DNA from: Candidatus Saccharimonadota bacterium
Lineage (GTDB): Bacteria; Patescibacteriota; Saccharimonadia; Saccharimonadales; JACDBH01
Length of the DNA: 64,000 nt
Direction of reading: 5' to 3'
Assembly (NCBI GenBank): GCA_028289135.1
Contig: JAQGGW010000002.1
Location: forward strand, 36,255 to 100,254
Shown in pieces: positions 62,569-64,000 of the stretch. The notes under the pieces are model-generated. The model saw nothing but the letters and a program-made list of their open reading frames with translations. It did not search any database and was not told where the DNA came from. The number at the start of each line of letters is the position of its first letter. Within the stretch, counting starts at the first letter, position 1. The translations under genes were made by a program, and so were the position numbers.

Positions 62569-64000
62569 GTGAACGAAGCACTACAGAAAAAGTTATTGAC
62601 CTTGCCCAAAGGCCCCGGTGTGTATTTTCATAAAAATGCCAAGGGGGAGATTATTTATATTGGGAAAGCGGCGCGGCTCAATATGCGTGTCCGGCAGTAT
62701 TTTCAAAAATCCCGGGTTCGCGACCCAAAAACCGACGCGTTGGTGCTAGAAATTTTTGATACCACTTGGATTGAGGTCGAGACAGAACTTGATGCGTTGT
62801 TTTTGGAAGCCGAACTTATCCGCAGATATCTGCCGCCGTACAACATTTTGCTGCGAGACGATAAATCTTTAAGTTTTGTGCGGATAGATATTAAAAACGA
62901 CCATCCGACAGTTTCACTTGAGCACCGGCCGCTGGATGACGGCGCGCAGTATTTTGGGCCGTATTACAGCGCCTACAGTGTTAGAAAAGCTCTCAAGTTT
63001 TTGCGGCGGATTTTTCCGTTTGACTGGAAAAAGCCGGCCAAAGCCGCCAAGCGTGCAACACTGGATTATCACATTGGCCTTAGCCCCGGGCTGGAGCAAA
63101 ATAAAACAAGCCTGGAAGATTACCGCGCAAATCTCCGCCAGTTGGCACGCTATCTTAAGGGCGAGCGCAAAAGCATCATGAACGAAATGGAGCGGGACAT
63201 GAAAAAGGCCGCCAAAAACAAAGAGTTTGAGATGGCCGCTGTGTACCGTAATAAATTCCGCGCGCTGGAAAGCCTGCACAAACAGATCGTATTCAGCGAC
63301 CGCGAATTTATGGACATGAGCAAGGACGCGGGCCTGGCCGACCTGACTGAGCTACTAGGCCTGGACAAAATCCCGCGCCGGATCGAGGGCTACGACATCA
63401 GCCACATGGGCGGGACTGATACAGTTGCAAGCATGGTGGTTTTCCAGAGTGGGCTGCCGGACAAAGCAGCATACCGCAAGTTTAAAATGCGCATCCCCGG
63501 CAACGACGACTTTGCCCACATGCGTGAGGTAATGGAGCGGCGCTTGCACGAGCCAAATGTAAAGCAGTGGGGCATGCCAAATTTATATTTAATCGACGGT
63601 GGCAAAGGCCAGCTGAGCAGCGCGCTGGAAATTTTGGGTGCACATGAAATTAAGCTGCCGGCTATTGGCCTGGCTAAGCAGTTTGAGGAAATTGTCATTA
63701 AAAAAGACTGGCCGCATGTAAAGCTTAACGAAGCCAAGGTGCGTGAACTAAACGGTGTTATTTTGGAATCGGACGATTTTTGGATGGTGAATCTGCCTAA
63801 CAACTCGCACATTATTAAACTGCTGCAGCGCATCCGTGACGAATCACACCGATTTGCGGTGAGTTACCACACAGTGCTAAAGCGGGCGCGGAATGTTGGC
63901 AGCATGCTTGACGACATCCCAACAATTGGCCCCACAACGCGCAAAAAACTGCTGCGCGAATTTGGCAGCTATAAAGGCGTCCAGCAGGCACGGGACTTTG
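62569..64000 (+). CDS. uvrC: Excinuclease ABC subunit C, 3' end beyond the window
   Basis: It is absent from the ORF track because no stop falls in the window. The GTG at 62569 directly follows an in-frame TAA. The GIY-YIG domain is GVYFHKNAKGEIIYIGKA...R..QY, followed by a UVR domain (EFEMAAVYRNKFRALE) and the endonuclease region IEGYDISH. TATAAT lies 6 nt upstream. Confidence 0.9.
   Translation, partial: MNEALQKKLLTLPKGPGVYFHKNAKGEIIYIGKAARLNMRVRQYFQKSRVRDPKTDALVLEIFDTTWIEVETELDALFLEAELIRRYLPPYNILLRDDKSLSFVRIDIKNDHPTVSLEHRPLDDGAQYFGPYYSAYSVRKALKFLRRIFPFDWKKPAKAAKRATLDYHIGLSPGLEQNKTSLEDYRANLRQLARYLKGERKSIMNEMERDMKKAAKNKEFEMAAVYRNKFRALESLHKQIVFSDREFMDMSKDAGLADLTELLGLDKIPRRIEGYDISHMGGTDTVASMVVFQSGLPDKAAYRKFKMRIPGNDDFAHMREVMERRLHEPNVKQWGMPNLYLIDGGKGQLSSALEILGAHEIKLPAIGLAKQFEEIVIKKDWPHVKLNEAKVRELNGVILESDDFWMVNLPNNSHIIKLLQRIRDESHRFAVSYHTVLKRARNVGSMLDDIPTIGPTTRKKLLREFGSYKGVQQARDF

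Overview
This is a gene-dense, non-mobile chromosomal segment. Gene content suggests a small-genome monoderm bacterium of the Patescibacteria/CPR type, perhaps Saccharibacteria-like. That placement is inference only, from the pilin-like proteins, short aaRS forms and many secreted orphan proteins. The standard genetic code applies, since TGA stops occur in ATGA and GTGA overlaps. Housekeeping genes recognised by motif are ssrA (tmRNA), metG, tatD, a cysteine desulfurase, mnmA, alaS (short form), ftsA-like, ruvX, mltG, obg, sbcB, uvrA, rplY, trhO and uvrC (3' partial). The accessory content includes a GT2 plus GT87-like glycosylation pair. There is also an envelope thiol-redox group (DipZ-like, glutaredoxin-like, fasciclin, MarR) and a GH37 trehalase flanked by AT-rich orphan genes. 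Three tandem ABC exporters sit in one operon with a DUF2087-like gene, and several pilin-like proteins are scattered through the window. I recognised no rRNA, tRNA, CRISPR array, transposase or integrase. Four observations stand out. (1) 17380-23332 is a seven-gene F-type ATPase operon in atpE-F-H-A-G-D-C order with no a-subunit gene. Its first product is a secreted domain fused to a c-subunit-like hairpin that has no membrane carboxylate, so this may be a rotary ATPase that does not use the canonical ion path. (2) 24597-31936, immediately downstream, is a cluster of four paralogous secreted beta-rich proteins. It also holds a DUF916/CscA-like membrane-anchored protein and a PKD-domain protein, and may encode a surface-appendage system. 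(3) Four families of long-hairpin intergenic elements lie within about 35 nt of stop codons. Three are present twice and show compensatory stem changes, and two of them bracket the ATPase operon in an inside-out arrangement relative to a second locus. (4) Mini-ORFs rich in the cognate amino acid lie upstream of metG (Met) and alaS (Ala), and many genes share a leaderless promoter architecture. All functional calls rest on motif recognition by eye; no searches or computations were run.
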